Assembly: GCA_040507665.1 (NCBI GenBank) | Contig: JBEVOI010000249.1 | Span: 1 to 54,427 of the forward strand | Source: Burkholderiales bacterium | GTDB taxonomy: Bacteria > Pseudomonadota > Gammaproteobacteria > Burkholderiales > JAEUMW01 | Reading direction: 5' to 3' | Length of the DNA: 54,427 nucleotides | Shown here: positions 21,430-31,932 of the stretch, in pieces | Layout: the number at the start of each line of letters is the position of its first letter | How positions within the stretch are numbered: the stretch's first letter is position 1 | Translations under genes and position numbers: made by a program | Notes under the pieces: model-generated | What the model saw: the letters and a program-made list of their open reading frames with translations, nothing else | What the model was told of the DNA's origin: nothing | Databases searched by the model: none

Positions 21430-24144
21430 ATGCTAGCCAAAATTCTCAAGAAGGTCTTCGGCACCCGCAACGAGCGGCTGATCAAGCAGTACTCGCAGGC
21501 GGTACGCCAGATCAACGCGCTCGAGCCCGAGGTCGCGAGCCTTTCCGATGACGCGCTCGCGGCCAAGACCGTCGAGTTCAAGCAGCGCATCGGCGAAGGT
21601 GCACCGCTCGACACCGTCCTGCCCGAGGCGTACGCCGTTGTGCGTGAGGCGTCCAAGCGTGCGGTCGAAATGCGCCACTTCGACGTGCAGCTCATCGGCG
21701 GTATTGCGCTCCACAACGGCAAGATCGCCGAGATGCGCACCGGCGAGGGCAAGACGCTGGTCGCGACCCTGCCCGCGTACCTGAACGCACTCGCCGGCAA
21801 GGGCGTCCACGTGGTCACCGTGAACGACTACCTGGCTAGCCGCGACGCGGAGTGGATGGGGCGCATTTACCGTTTCCTCGGCCTTACCGTGGGCGTCAAC
21901 CTGTCGCAGATGCCGCACGCTGCCAAGCAACAGGCCTACGCCGCCGATATCACCTACGGGACCAACAATGAGTACGGATTCGACTATCTGCGCGACAACA
22001 TGGTGTACGAGACGTCCGAGCGCGTGCAGCGGCCGCTCAGTTACGCCATCGTGGACGAAGTCGATTCGATCCTGATCGATGAGGCGCGCACGCCGCTCAT
22101 CATCTCCGGCCAGGCCGACGACAATACCGATCTCTATTACAAGATCAACGACCTCGTGCCGATGCTGGTACGCCAGCAGGAGGAGGACGGGCCCGGTGAC
22201 TACCATGTCGATGAGAAAGCGAATCAGGTGTTGCTCACCGAGGCGGGCCACGAGCGCGCCGAAGACCTGATGACCCGGGCTGGGTTGCTGCCCCCGGGCG
22301 GGAGCCTCTACGACGCGGCGAATATCAATTTGATGCATTACCTGTACGCCTCGTTGCGCGCCCACAGCCTCTTCCACCGGGATCAGCACTATGTCGTCCA
22401 GGACGGGGACGTGGTGATCGTCGACGAATTCACCGGTCGCCTCATGGCCGGCCGGCGCTGGTCGGACGGCCTGCATCAGGCGGTGGAGGCAAAGGAGAAG
22501 GTGGCGATTCAGAAGGAGAACCAGACGCTTGCCTCGATCACGTTCCAGAACTACTTCCGTATGTATCAGAAGCTCGCAGGGATGACGGGCACCGCAGACA
22601 CCGAGGCCTTCGAGTTCCAGCAGATCTATAACCTGGAAACCGTGGTCATCCCGACCCACCGGACCATGGTCCGCGCGGATCGCATGGACCAGGTGTTCCG
22701 TACCGCCAAGGAGAAGTACCAAGCAGTCATCGACGACATCAAGGACTGCTACTCGCGCGGACAGCCGGTGCTGGTGGGCACCACCTCGATCGAGAATAAC
22801 GATCTCCTTTCGCGGCTGCTGGAGAAGGAAAAGCTTCCGCACCAGGTTCTGAACGCGAAGCAGCATGCGCGCGAGGCGCACGTGATCGCCCAGGCGGGAC
22901 GGCCCAAGATGGTGACCATCGCCACCAACATGGCGGGCCGCGGCACCGATATCATCCTCGGCGGCAACCCGGAGCCGGAGGTCCTGCAGGTACGGGCCGA
23001 TGAAGGCCTCTCGGCGGAGCAGAAGTCAGCGCGCGTAGCGGACATCCGCGCCCGGTGGCAGCAGTTGCACGACCAGGTCGTGGGAGCCGGCGGCCTTCAT
23101 ATCGTGGGTACCGAGCGCCACGAATCGCGGCGGGTGGACAATCAGCTGCGCGGTCGCGCGGGCCGCCAGGGCGACCCGGGATCGAGCCGCTTCTTCCTCG
23201 CGCTCGAGGATCCGCTGCTGCGCATCTTCGCTTCCGATCGCGTAGGCGCGATCATGGAGAAGCTCAAGATGCCCGAGGGCGAGCCGATCGAGCATCCGTG
23301 GGTCACGCGCGCGATCGAGAACGCGCAGCGCAAGGTGGAGGCGCGCAACTTCGACATTCGCAAGCAGCTGCTCGAGTACGACGACGTGGCGAACGAGCAG
23401 CGCAAGATCGTGTACGCGGACCGTAACCAGCTGCTCGAGTCGAGCGAGGTGACCGAGACGCTCACCGAGTGGCGCAGTGACGTGGTGGACGGACTTGTCA
23501 CACTGCACGTGCCCCCCGAGAGCCTCGAGGAACAATGGGATATCCCCGGCCTCGAGAAGACACTATCCGCCGAGCTTCAACTGCACCTTCCGGTCCACGA
23601 CTGGCTGAAGCAGGAGCCGGACCTCGATGAGGAACAGCTGCGCTCGCGCATCCTCGATGCCGCCGCCCAGGCGTACGAAGCGAAGGTCGCCTCTGTCGAT
23701 CGGAACGCGATGCATCAGTACGAGCGCGCGATGATGCTCCAGAGCCTGGACACGCACTGGCGCGAGCACCTGTCCGCTCTGGATCACCTGCGCCAGGGAA
23801 TTCATCTGCGCGGCTACGCCCAGAAGAACCCCAAACAGGAATACAAGCGGGAGGCCTTCGACCTGTTCTCCGCCATGTTCGAGCAGGTCAAGACGGAGGT
23901 CACGCGCATTCTCATGAACGTGCAGGTGCGCACTGCCGAAGAGGTCGAGGCCGTCGCGGAGCAGGCGCCCGAGTTGCAGAACGTTCGCTACCAGCATGCG
24001 GATTTCGACGAGGCACTCGCCGAGGCGAACGCCGAACAAAAGCCGCAGCCCTTTGTGCGCACCGGCGAGAAAGTGGGACGCAACGACCCGTGTCCATGTG
24101 GATCCGGGAAGAAATACAAGCAGTGCCACGGGAAGCTTAGCTAG
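21430..24144 (+). CDS. secA: preprotein translocase ATPase SecA
   Basis: 904 aa. [34 protein letters not shown] Walker A, and a C-terminal zinc finger [14 protein letters not shown]. Confidence 0.98.
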   Translation: MLAKILKKVFGTRNERLIKQYSQAVRQINALEPEVASLSDDALAAKTVEFKQRIGEGAPLDTVLPEAYAVVREASKRAVEMRHFDVQLIGGIALHNGKIAEMRTGEGKTLVATLPAYLNALAGKGVHVVTVNDYLASRDAEWMGRIYRFLGLTVGVNLSQMPHAAKQQAYAADITYGTNNEYGFDYLRDNMVYETSERVQRPLSYAIVDEVDSILIDEARTPLIISGQADDNTDLYYKINDLVPMLVRQQEEDGPGDYHVDEKANQVLLTEAGHERAEDLMTRAGLLPPGGSLYDAANINLMHYLYASLRAHSLFHRDQHYVVQDGDVVIVDEFTGRLMAGRRWSDGLHQAVEAKEKVAIQKENQTLASITFQNYFRMYQKLAGMTGTADTEAFEFQQIYNLETVVIPTHRTMVRADRMDQVFRTAKEKYQAVIDDIKDCYSRGQPVLVGTTSIENNDLLSRLLEKEKLPHQVLNAKQHAREAHVIAQAGRPKMVTIATNMAGRGTDIILGGNPEPEVLQVRADEGLSAEQKSARVADIRARWQQLHDQVVGAGGLHIVGTERHESRRVDNQLRGRAGRQGDPGSSRFFLALEDPLLRIFASDRVGAIMEKLKMPEGEPIEHPWVTRAIENAQRKVEARNFDIRKQLLEYDDVANEQRKIVYADRNQLLESSEVTETLTEWRSDVVDGLVTLHVPPESLEEQWDIPGLEKTLSAELQLHLPVHDWLKQEPDLDEEQLRSRILDAAAQAYEAKVASVDRNAMHQYERAMMLQSLDTHWREHLSALDHLRQGIHLRGYAQKNPKQEYKREAFDLFSAMFEQVKTEVTRILMNVQVRTAEEVEAVAEQAPELQNVRYQHADFDEALAEANAEQKPQPFVRTGEKVGRNDPCPCGSGKKYKQCHGKLS

Positions 24145-24254
24145 CGCTCCGAGTTTCCAGCCCCGACTTCGGATGCCGTCGATTGGTGCCGGGCGGGTAT
24201 GGCATTCCCCACGCTCCCTATTCGCGAACAGGATAGGGCGCGCAGTATGCACGC

Positions 24255-24260
24255 TATAAT
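24255..24260 (+). promoter_or_regulatory. possible -10 element for argJ
   Basis: Perfect TATAAT 31 nt upstream of the argJ ATG. The -35 is poor (GATAGG). Confidence 0.25.
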
Positions 24261-24291
24261 CGGCGCAGCCCAAGCTCAAGCGTGTTCGCCG

Positions 24292-25521
24292 ATGCCCGTC
24301 AACCTTTTGCGCCTCGATCCCGCGAAACTCCTCGCAATTCCCGGCGTTCGTCTCGGCATCGCCGAGGCGGGCATCCGCAAGGCGAATCGAAAGGATCTCC
24401 TCGTCATCGCGCTCGACACCGGCGCGCGGGTCGCTGGCGTGTTCACCCAAAACCGCTTCTGCGCGGCGCCGGTTCTCGTGGCCAAGGAGCATCTCGCCCT
24501 CGGCACCGAAATTCGCGCACTTCTGGTGAACACGGGTTGCGCCAATGCCGGCACCGGCGAGGATGGTCTCTGGCGCGCGCGTGAGTGTTGCGCCGCGCTT
24601 GCCATGCGTCACGATTGCGAGAGTCTCCAGGTGCTGCCGTTCTCCACCGGCGTCATCATGGAGCCACTGCCGGTGGGGCACATCGCGGATGGCATTCCGG
24701 CCGCGCTGGCAGACCTCCGCGAGGACAACTGGGCTGCGGCGGCCGAGGCGATCATGACCACCGATACAGTGCCCAAGGCTGCATCTCGGCGCGTTACCAT
24801 TGACGGCTCCTCGGTGAGCCTGACCGGCATCGCGAAAGGCGCCGGGATGATTCATCCGAACATGGCGACCATGCTTGCCTTCATCGCGACCGATGTGCGC
24901 CTCGCTCAGCCACTGCTCGAGGCTGCACTGCGCGGGACCGCCGACCGCACGTTCAATCGGATCACGGTCGATGGCGACACCTCCACCAATGACGCATTCA
25001 TGCTCATCGCCTCTGGCCGAGCGAGCATGCCCGAGATTACCGAGCCAGACAGCGCCGAGTTCCGCGCTTTCGCCGACGCCCTGAGCGAGCTAGCGATCGA
25101 ACTCGCGCAGGCGATCGTCCGCGACGGCGAAGGCGCGACCAAGTTCATCACCATCGAGGTTACCGGCGGACGAAGCACGGACGAGTGCGACCGGGTCGCG
25201 TTTTCGATCGCCCACTCGCCGCTGGTGAAAACAGCGTTCTTCGCCTCCGACCCGAACCTGGGCCGCATCCTCGCAGCCGCGGGCAAAGCGGGAATCGCCG
25301 ATCTGGACCAGACGAGGATCGATCTCTACCTCGACGATGTGCTGGTGGTGAGGTCCGGCGGCCGCAACCCCGGGTATCGCGAAGAGGACGGGCAACGGGT
25401 GATGAAGCAGAGCGAGATTCGGGTCCGCGTCGATTTGCATCGTGGTGACGCTCGAGCGACGGTCTGGACCTGCGATCTGTCTCATGATTACGTGAGCATC
25501 AACGCGGACTACCGGAGCTGA
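24292..25521 (+). CDS. argJ: bifunctional glutamate N-acetyltransferase / amino-acid acetyltransferase ArgJ
   Basis: Start at ATG 24292 ([13 protein letters not shown]...GIAEAGIRK). The autoproteolytic site region is [10 protein letters not shown]. The track ORF extends 31 codons upstream. Confidence 0.92.
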   Translation: MPVNLLRLDPAKLLAIPGVRLGIAEAGIRKANRKDLLVIALDTGARVAGVFTQNRFCAAPVLVAKEHLALGTEIRALLVNTGCANAGTGEDGLWRARECCAALAMRHDCESLQVLPFSTGVIMEPLPVGHIADGIPAALADLREDNWAAAAEAIMTTDTVPKAASRRVTIDGSSVSLTGIAKGAGMIHPNMATMLAFIATDVRLAQPLLEAALRGTADRTFNRITVDGDTSTNDAFMLIASGRASMPEITEPDSAEFRAFADALSELAIELAQAIVRDGEGATKFITIEVTGGRSTDECDRVAFSIAHSPLVKTAFFASDPNLGRILAAAGKAGIADLDQTRIDLYLDDVLVVRSGGRNPGYREEDGQRVMKQSEIRVRVDLHRGDARATVWTCDLSHDYVSINADYRS

Positions 25522-25541
25522 GATTTCGCGTCTGTAGCCCC

Positions 25542-26462
25542 ATGAAGAAGCCGCAGCCGGCTTCCGGCCTTGACTCCGTTCTTGCGCGCCTCGACGCGCT
25601 CCTCGCTCGCGCGGAGAGCCTGATGCCTGCACCGGCTTTCGACGCGCCGGACTGGAAGGTCTCGATGGCCTGCCGCTGGCGGAAGCAGAACGGGCACGGC
25701 CGGCTCCAGCCGGTGGCGCACCCCCACGCAATCCAGCTGTCCGACCTGCGTGGCATCGAGCGCCAGAAGGAGCTGGTCGATCGCAACACGCGCCAGTTTG
25801 TCGCTGGTTATCCCGCCAACAATGTGCTGCTCACCGGCGCCCGCGGCACCGGCAAGTCATCCCTCGTCAAAGCGCTGCTCAACCAGTACGCACGCCGCAG
25901 GCTGCGGGTGATCGAGATCGAGAAGCGGGACCTGGGCGATCTTCCCGATATCGTGGACCTTGTCTATGGCCGCGCGGAGCGGTTCATCCTGTACTGCGAC
26001 GATCTCTCCTTCGGCGCGGACGAGCCGGGCTACCAGGCGCTCAAGGCGGTGCTCGACGGGTCGGTGGCGGCAACCTCGGACAATCTGCTCGTGTACGCGA
26101 CCTCGAACCGCCGCCACCTCATGCCCGAGTACATGCGGGAGAACCTCGAGGCGCAGCGGGTGGGCGAGGAGATTCATCCCGGCGAAACGGTGGAGGAGAA
26201 AATCTCGCTCTCGGAACGCTTTGGGCTCTGGGTGTCGTTTTACCCGTTTACCCAGGACCAGTATCTCGACATCGCCCGCTACTGGGTCGCGTGGCATGGC
26301 GCGGGGCAAAAGGACTCCGCGCTCCTCGAACGCGAGGCCCTCCAATGGGCCCTTGGGCGTGGGTCCCGCAGTGGGCGCGTAGCGTTCCAGTTCGCGCGCG
26401 ACTGGGCGGGCCGGCACCGGGCGCGACCGCCCGCTACGGCTCAGCGGGTTCGTGGCGACTGA
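25542..26462 (+). CDS. DUF815-type AAA ATPase (function unknown)
   Basis: 306 aa. Walker A LTGARGTGKSS and Walker B ILYCDDLSF. The overall layout fits the DUF815 family. Confidence 0.8.
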   Translation: MKKPQPASGLDSVLARLDALLARAESLMPAPAFDAPDWKVSMACRWRKQNGHGRLQPVAHPHAIQLSDLRGIERQKELVDRNTRQFVAGYPANNVLLTGARGTGKSSLVKALLNQYARRRLRVIEIEKRDLGDLPDIVDLVYGRAERFILYCDDLSFGADEPGYQALKAVLDGSVAATSDNLLVYATSNRRHLMPEYMRENLEAQRVGEEIHPGETVEEKISLSERFGLWVSFYPFTQDQYLDIARYWVAWHGAGQKDSALLEREALQWALGRGSRSGRVAFQFARDWAGRHRARPPATAQRVRGD

Positions 26463-27423
26463 GGCCAGCACCGCCTCGACGAACCGTCGCGTCACGGAGG
26501 TGGCAGCGGCAGTACTGGTGGATCGGGACGGAAGGTTCCTGCTGGCGCAGCGGCCTGCGGGGAAGGTGTACGCGGGCTACTGGGAATTTCCCGGCGGCAA
26601 GGTCGAGCCCGGCGAATCGCTGGTCGATGCATTGCGCCGCGAGCTGCGTGAGGAACTGGGGATCACTCTACGCACCGCCTATCCTTGGATTACACGGATC
26701 TACGCCTATCCCCATGCGCAAGTGCGCCTGCACTTCTTTCGCGTCCCCGGGTGGGAAGGCGAGTTTCATCCCCACGAAGGGCAGGCGTTTGAATGGCAAC
26801 GTCCCGAGCGCCTGACCGTCGCCCCAGTACTCCCGGCGAACGGCACGGTGCTGCGTTTTCTTGCGCTGCCCTGCGTTTACGGCATCACGCGGGCAGGAGA
26901 ACTCGGCGTAGAAAGGTTCCTAGAACGGCTCGACACGGCTCTGGCGGGCGGGCTGCGACTGGTCCAGCTGCGGGAGAAGGGAATGGACGCAACCGCGCTA
27001 GAGGCTTTCGGTCGCGAGGTGGCGAGCCGTTGCCGAGGAGTGGGGGCAAAGCTGTTGGTGAATGGCGGGATCGATCTCGCAGATCGCATCGGCGCCCACG
27101 GCGTGCACCTCTCCGCGGCCCGGCTCATGACGCTTGCGTCGCGCCCGGATATCGCCTTCTGCGCGGCCTCCTGTCACGATCGGCGCGAACTCGATCGGGC
27201 AGCGGATCTCGGCGCAGACTTCGTGGTGCTCGGGCCCGTTCATCCAACGCCGACGCATCCAGGGTTGCCGACGCTTGGGTGGGACGGCTTCGCACGTCTG
27301 GTCGAGGCGTACCCACTTCCAGTGTTTTCCCTCGGCGGCATCGATCCCGATTGCCTCACCGATGCTTGGGCGTGCGGCGCCCACGGGATCGCCATGATGC
27401 GGGGCGCTTGGCGCTCCGAATAA
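26452..27423 (+). CDS. Nudix hydrolase (MutT-like) fused to a ThiE/TenI-like domain
   Basis: GTG start overlapping the upstream stop by 11 nt. Nudix box GGKVEPGESLVDALRRELREELGI. The C-terminal half (LVQLREKG...LLVNGGIDLA...GVHL...VVLGPVHPT...PVFSLGGI) resembles the thiamine-phosphate synthase fold. Confidence 0.85.
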   Translation: MATEASTASTNRRVTEVAAAVLVDRDGRFLLAQRPAGKVYAGYWEFPGGKVEPGESLVDALRRELREELGITLRTAYPWITRIYAYPHAQVRLHFFRVPGWEGEFHPHEGQAFEWQRPERLTVAPVLPANGTVLRFLALPCVYGITRAGELGVERFLERLDTALAGGLRLVQLREKGMDATALEAFGREVASRCRGVGAKLLVNGGIDLADRIGAHGVHLSAARLMTLASRPDIAFCAASCHDRRELDRAADLGADFVVLGPVHPTPTHPGLPTLGWDGFARLVEAYPLPVFSLGGIDPDCLTDAWACGAHGIAMMRGAWRSE

Positions 27424-27436
27424 CGGTGCGATCGCA

Positions 27437-27841
27437 ATGCATCAGTCCCTCGTTTCTGTCCTATTGCTAGTGGCGGCGATCGCGCCCGGATGCAGCAGGC
27501 CTGTGCCGTCGGCTGGCGCGGGAGCTTGCCCCGACCCGGTCCGCGGGTGTCTTTTGGATCTTGACGGCGCGACCGTAGCGGTGCGCTTCTCGGAGACACC
27601 GCGGGCGATGCGGCCCTTCCTTCTGGAAGTGGATGCCCCCGACGCGGCCTCTGTCAAGGCGGACTTTTCGATGGTCGGGATGGACATGGTGCGCAACCGC
27701 TACGACCTGCTCCGCACGCCGGAAGGTCGCTGGCGCGCGCAGGTGGTATTGCCGGTATGCGTTTCGGGACGGCAGGATTGGATCCTCACCCTGGCCGTTA
27801 ACGATCGGAGTGCGTCCGCGCCCTTTTCCGCCACGAGGTAG
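27437..27841 (+). CDS. hypothetical lipoprotein (possibly FixH/YtkA-like beta-sandwich)
   Basis: 134 aa. Signal peptide with a lipobox-like IAPGC. Met-rich segment FSMVGMDMVRNRYDL...GRWRAQVVLPVC. The family assignment is tentative. Confidence 0.55.
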   Translation: MHQSLVSVLLLVAAIAPGCSRPVPSAGAGACPDPVRGCLLDLDGATVAVRFSETPRAMRPFLLEVDAPDAASVKADFSMVGMDMVRNRYDLLRTPEGRWRAQVVLPVCVSGRQDWILTLAVNDRSASAPFSATR

Positions 27842-27856
27842 AAGAACCCTTCCAGG

Positions 27857-28069
27857 TTACTCCCCGTCTTCCGGCGCCGGTGCGGATTCGGGGTCAGGGA
27901 TGCGATATTGTTCGCTCGCCCAGCCGCCGAGATCAATCAGCTTGCAGCGCTCGGAACAGAAGGGTCGGAAACGATTCTCGGCGGTCCACTCGACGGCTGC
28001 ACCGCACCGGGGGCAGCTTACCAGCTTGGGCTTCGCCTCTTGCGGCAAGATTCCTTCCCTGTCAATCAA
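27857..28069 (-). CDS. yacG: DNA gyrase inhibitor YacG (zinc-ribbon)
   Basis: CPRCG...[18 protein letters not shown] matches the YacG signature. TTG start overlaps the zapD stop (TTGA). Confidence 0.88.
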   Translation of the reverse strand: MIDREGILPQEAKPKLVSCPRCGAAVEWTAENRFRPFCSERCKLIDLGGWASEQYRIPDPESAPAPEDGE

Positions 28070-28866
28070 AGGCTGCAGAACGTAAGCTCGAACCGCACGT
28101 CCTGCTCGACCGCGCGCGCGCGGTCCGGGCCGCCGTGGCCGGTGAAGCGGACGTTGAGCGCGTACTTGTTCGCGCTGATCTCTGGCACGCAGGTGTAGCT
28201 GCGAGCGAGCCGCAGGCGCACCAATTGCGCGACCTTGCCGGCGAGCATGAGCTGGAATACGCCCTGCGTTGCGACCTGATGGCTGGTTTTGCCGCTATCG
28301 CGCAGCAACCGCAGGACGATCGCGAGGGCATCACAGATTGGCTCGAAGGGCAACATCCAGAGCTTGAGATCGGCGCGCCTGAGCTCGGCATCCTGGTTCA
28401 GCCAAAAGTGGTACGACGGTAGATCGAATGCGCAGGCCCCGCCCGGGATAGCCGTGCGCTGCTTGATGCTCATGAGCCATTCGTTGTCCCGCAGTTCCTG
28501 CCCTACCTTTCCCGAAGCCGATAGCATGCGCGTGCTCGCACGGTCGATATCCGATAGCACGCCCTCGAGGGCGTCTTCGGCGATCGCGGGGTTGTTGCGC
28601 AGCATCTCCAGACTCTGACGCTGGCGCTCCAGCTCCTGCAGGAGATCGGATTTCAGGTCGGCACGGCTCGCGACCTCCAGGATCTCGAATACGGACACGA
28701 GGGCGACGTGGTGTTCGAGTACGCCGGGTCCGGAGGCGAAATAGTTGGCTTTTCGATAAAGATCCTCGAGGCGCAGCAGCGTGCGAATGCGCTCGTTCAA
28801 CGGATATTCGTAGCTGATCACCGCAGCGCGCGATGCCTGGGGGGCGGGGAGGTCGAGAGTCTGCAT
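28066..28866 (-). CDS. zapD: cell division protein ZapD
   Basis: 266 aa. [22 protein letters not shown]-terminus is typical of ZapD/YacF. Conserved coaE-zapD-yacG order. Confidence 0.88.
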   Translation of the reverse strand: MQTLDLPAPQASRAAVISYEYPLNERIRTLLRLEDLYRKANYFASGPGVLEHHVALVSVFEILEVASRADLKSDLLQELERQRQSLEMLRNNPAIAEDALEGVLSDIDRASTRMLSASGKVGQELRDNEWLMSIKQRTAIPGGACAFDLPSYHFWLNQDAELRRADLKLWMLPFEPICDALAIVLRLLRDSGKTSHQVATQGVFQLMLAGKVAQLVRLRLARSYTCVPEISANKYALNVRFTGHGGPDRARAVEQDVRFELTFCSL

Positions 28867-28910
28867 GGATCGGGCAAAAATAAACGAAAACGAGGGATGA
28901 AGCCAGCTTT

Positions 28911-29525
28911 TCAGCGATCTTTTCGGTCTTGGGCGAGACGCAGGTAGAGGGCGTGCAGGCGCTCTACCTGCGACCGAAGAGCCGACTCTTCTCCGCTGTT
29001 GTCAATGACGTCATCCGCTTCCGCGCGACGACTCTGGCGATCGAGCTGTGTTGCGATGATCGCAGCGACTTCGGCGCGCGTCAGGCCGCTTCGCGCCGCC
29101 GCTCGAGCCGCCTGCAGTTCAGGGCGGCAGTCGAGCACCAGAACCCGTTGTACGAGTGTGCGGTACGATCCTTTCTCCAAAAGGAGGGGCACCACCAGGA
29201 CAACGTATGGAGCGACCGCACAACGGGCCAAGCGCTCCGCTTCCTGAAGGATCAAAGGGTGAAGTATGCCTTCGAGACGCTGCCTGGCTTCCGCATCCGC
29301 GAACACGACCTCGCGCATCCGGCTTCGGTCGAGGCCAGAATCCGGCCGAATGTAATCGCCTCCAAATTCCTTCCGGATAGCCGGCATCGCGCGGCCCCCC
29401 GGCCCGGTGAGCGCATGGGCGATATCATCGGTGTCGACGACAGCGGCACCCAGCGCGGCGAATATTCCGGCCGCCGTAGACTTGCCGCTGCCGATGCCGC
29501 CGGTCAGGCCGACGATGAAAGGCAT
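28911..29525 (-). CDS. coaE: dephospho-CoA kinase
   Basis: 204 aa. MPFIVGLTGGIGSGKST P-loop. Position after pilD. Confidence 0.94.
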   Translation of the reverse strand: MPFIVGLTGGIGSGKSTAAGIFAALGAAVVDTDDIAHALTGPGGRAMPAIRKEFGGDYIRPDSGLDRSRMREVVFADAEARQRLEGILHPLILQEAERLARCAVAPYVVLVVPLLLEKGSYRTLVQRVLVLDCRPELQAARAAARSGLTRAEVAAIIATQLDRQSRRAEADDVIDNSGEESALRSQVERLHALYLRLAQDRKDR

Positions 29526-29600
29526 GAAAAGATTCTCATGCCGATTATTGTCGGCGCGAACGCCTTGTCGGAAAACCCCCGCCGTACTGGAAGGGAAGAT

Positions 29601-30461
29601 TCAGGGGCCGGGAAAGTATACCTGTGTCAGAGTATTGCCCCAGAGGAGGGCGATGAGTCCGCCAACGGCGAGATATGGGCCGAACGGGATTGGCGTTCCG
29701 CGCCCGTGGCGGGCGAGCGCGATCAGCGCGATGCCGATCACCGCGCCGGTGCCGGCGGAGAGAAGGACCACCGCTGGCAGCAGCTTCCACCCGAGCCACG
29801 CTCCGATGGCCGCCAGCAGCTTGAAGTCGCCATAGCCCATGCCTTCCTTCCCGGTCACGAGCTTGAAGATCCAGTAAACGGTCCAGAGGATGAGGTACCC
29901 GGCGATCGCGCCGATGACGGCCGACTGTAGATCAGTGAAGGTGCCCGAGACATTGAACACAAGACCCACCCAGAGCAGCGGCAGCGTGATGCTGTCGGGA
30001 AGGAGCTGAGTATCGAGATCGATGAACGCGAGCGCGACCAGCGACCATGCAAGGAGCAACGCACCGAAGGTGGCCGCACTGAACCCGAACTGCCACGCGA
30101 CGACTGCGCTTAACACGCCGGTAAGGAGTTCCACGCACGGGTAGCGGAAGGGAATGCGTTCCCTACACGCAGAGCATTTCCCGCGTAGGACCAGCCAGCT
30201 CACCAGGGGTATGTTTTCGAGCGCGCTGATCTGGTGGCCGCAGGAAGGACAGGCGGAGCGTGGGACGACGATGTTGAACTTAGGAGCGTCGAGCACCGGC
30301 TCTCCGCGGAGCTCTGCGCACTGGGTTTGCCACTCCCGCTCCATCATCTTCGGCAGCCTGAAGATGACGACGTTAAGGAAGCTTCCGACAAGCAGGCCCG
30401 CGATCAGGGCAACGCCTGCCAGAAGCTCGGGCGAAGCCCTGAGGGCGTTGATTACCTCCAT
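29601..30461 (-). CDS. pilD: prepilin peptidase / N-methyltransferase (A24 family)
   Basis: 286 aa. CPSCGHQ...CSACRERI zinc-binding pairs, a polytopic membrane body, and the GMGYGDFKLLAAIGAWLGW catalytic Asp motif. Confidence 0.94.
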   Translation of the reverse strand: MEVINALRASPELLAGVALIAGLLVGSFLNVVIFRLPKMMEREWQTQCAELRGEPVLDAPKFNIVVPRSACPSCGHQISALENIPLVSWLVLRGKCSACRERIPFRYPCVELLTGVLSAVVAWQFGFSAATFGALLLAWSLVALAFIDLDTQLLPDSITLPLLWVGLVFNVSGTFTDLQSAVIGAIAGYLILWTVYWIFKLVTGKEGMGYGDFKLLAAIGAWLGWKLLPAVVLLSAGTGAVIGIALIALARHGRGTPIPFGPYLAVGGLIALLWGNTLTQVYFPGP

Positions 30462-30507
30462 CGGGAGGGGGTGCCGGAACGGTTACCCGGGTGCCACGCG
30501 ACCCGCG

Positions 30508-31740
30508 TCAGACCACCGCACCCATCTTGAAGATCGGAAGGTACATGGCGATCACCATGCCGCCGATGAGCGTGCCGAGGATCACCATGATGAGCGGCTC
30601 CATCAAGCTCGACAGCGCCTCGACCGCATCGTCAACCTCCTGCTCGAAGAAGTCCGCGACTTTGGAGAGCATGGCGTCAAGCGAGCCGGCTTCCTCGCCG
30701 ATCGACACCATCTGCAGGACCATGTTCGGGAACACCTGGCTGTTCTGCATCGACTGGGTGAGGCTGGTGCCGGTGCTCACTTCGTTCTGGATTCTCTTCG
30801 TAGCGACGTAGTAAACGTAGTTGCCCGAGGCGCCGGCGACGGAATCCAGAGCTTCGACCAAGGGGACGCCGGCGGCGAACATCGTGGCCAAGGTGCGCGC
30901 CCAGCGGGCCATGGTGGCTTTACGGATGACATCGCCGAAGATCGGCAGGCGCAGCATCAAGCGGTCCATGAAAGCCTGCATTTTCACCGATCGCTTCCAG
31001 GTGTAGAAGAAGAACCAGATTGAACCGGCAATGATGCTGAACATCCACCACCAGTTCGCGACGAAGAAATCCGAGATCGCGATCACGACCAGTGTTGGTC
31101 CGGGCAGATCTGCGCCGAAACTGCTGAACACCTGCTTGAAGGCCGGGATCACGAAAATCATGATCACTGCCGTTACGAGGAACGCTACACCGATCACTGC
31201 TGCCGGGTAGAAGAGGGCTGACTTGATCTTGCCTTTGATCGCGAGAATCTTCTCCTTGTAGGTGGCGAGCCGGTCGAGGAGGTTGTCGAGAATACCAGCC
31301 GCTTCACCCGCGCGGACGAGGTTCACGTACAGACTATCGAACTGCAACGGGAACTTGCTGAAGGCCTGGGCGAGGCTGCTCCCCGTCTCTACGTCGGACT
31401 TAACCGTGAGCAGGAGCCGCTGCACTGCCGGATTGGAGTGACCCTTCGCGACGATGTCGAAGGCTTGCAGCAGCGGCACGCCAGACTTCATCATGACGGC
31501 TAGCTGCCGCGTGAAGAGCGTGATGTCCTTCTCGGTAATCTTCTTCCCGCGGCCGAGGCGCTGCTGCTTGAGCTTCTCGACCCGGATGCCCTGCCGACGC
31601 AGGATGGCATTGGCCAGGGCCTCGCCGGGGGCTCGCACCTCGCCCCGAACGGTTTTTCCGGAGCGATCCCGGCCTTCCCAGACGAAGGTGAGTTCTTTGG
31701 TCTCTTTCTTCGCGCCGATGGTGGCGGTTGCTGTTGCCAT
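30508..31740 (-). CDS. pilC: type IV pilus platform protein PilC (GspF family)
   Basis: 410 aa with a duplicated GspF domain (ITLFTRQLAVMMKSGVPLLQAF; MARWARTLATMFAAGVPLVEAL). Confidence 0.93.
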   Translation of the reverse strand: MATATATIGAKKETKELTFVWEGRDRSGKTVRGEVRAPGEALANAILRRQGIRVEKLKQQRLGRGKKITEKDITLFTRQLAVMMKSGVPLLQAFDIVAKGHSNPAVQRLLLTVKSDVETGSSLAQAFSKFPLQFDSLYVNLVRAGEAAGILDNLLDRLATYKEKILAIKGKIKSALFYPAAVIGVAFLVTAVIMIFVIPAFKQVFSSFGADLPGPTLVVIAISDFFVANWWWMFSIIAGSIWFFFYTWKRSVKMQAFMDRLMLRLPIFGDVIRKATMARWARTLATMFAAGVPLVEALDSVAGASGNYVYYVATKRIQNEVSTGTSLTQSMQNSQVFPNMVLQMVSIGEEAGSLDAMLSKVADFFEQEVDDAVEALSSLMEPLIMVILGTLIGGMVIAMYLPIFKMGAVV

Positions 31741-31932
31741 TCTACGTCCTCTGGTGTGCGCACCGGGTCAGCTTTCCAGCGCGAAGTACCGTTAACACTC
31801 GGAAGGTTGCCCGGCTGGAAGTGAGGCTTCTGAATCGCTGCGGGCTCGCAACGCGGCGGGCCTTCCGGGGTGGGTTGTCGGATTGCACCCTGCGCTCGCG
31901 GCCGGAAACGGCAGCAAGAAATATGCCGCTGG

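Noticed and set aside
31741-31932. Possible pilB remnant or small gene between the corB-like gene and pilC
   Set aside because: No ORF of meaningful length and no GspE/PilB-like peptide appears in any frame. The region is treated as the pilC promoter/leader.
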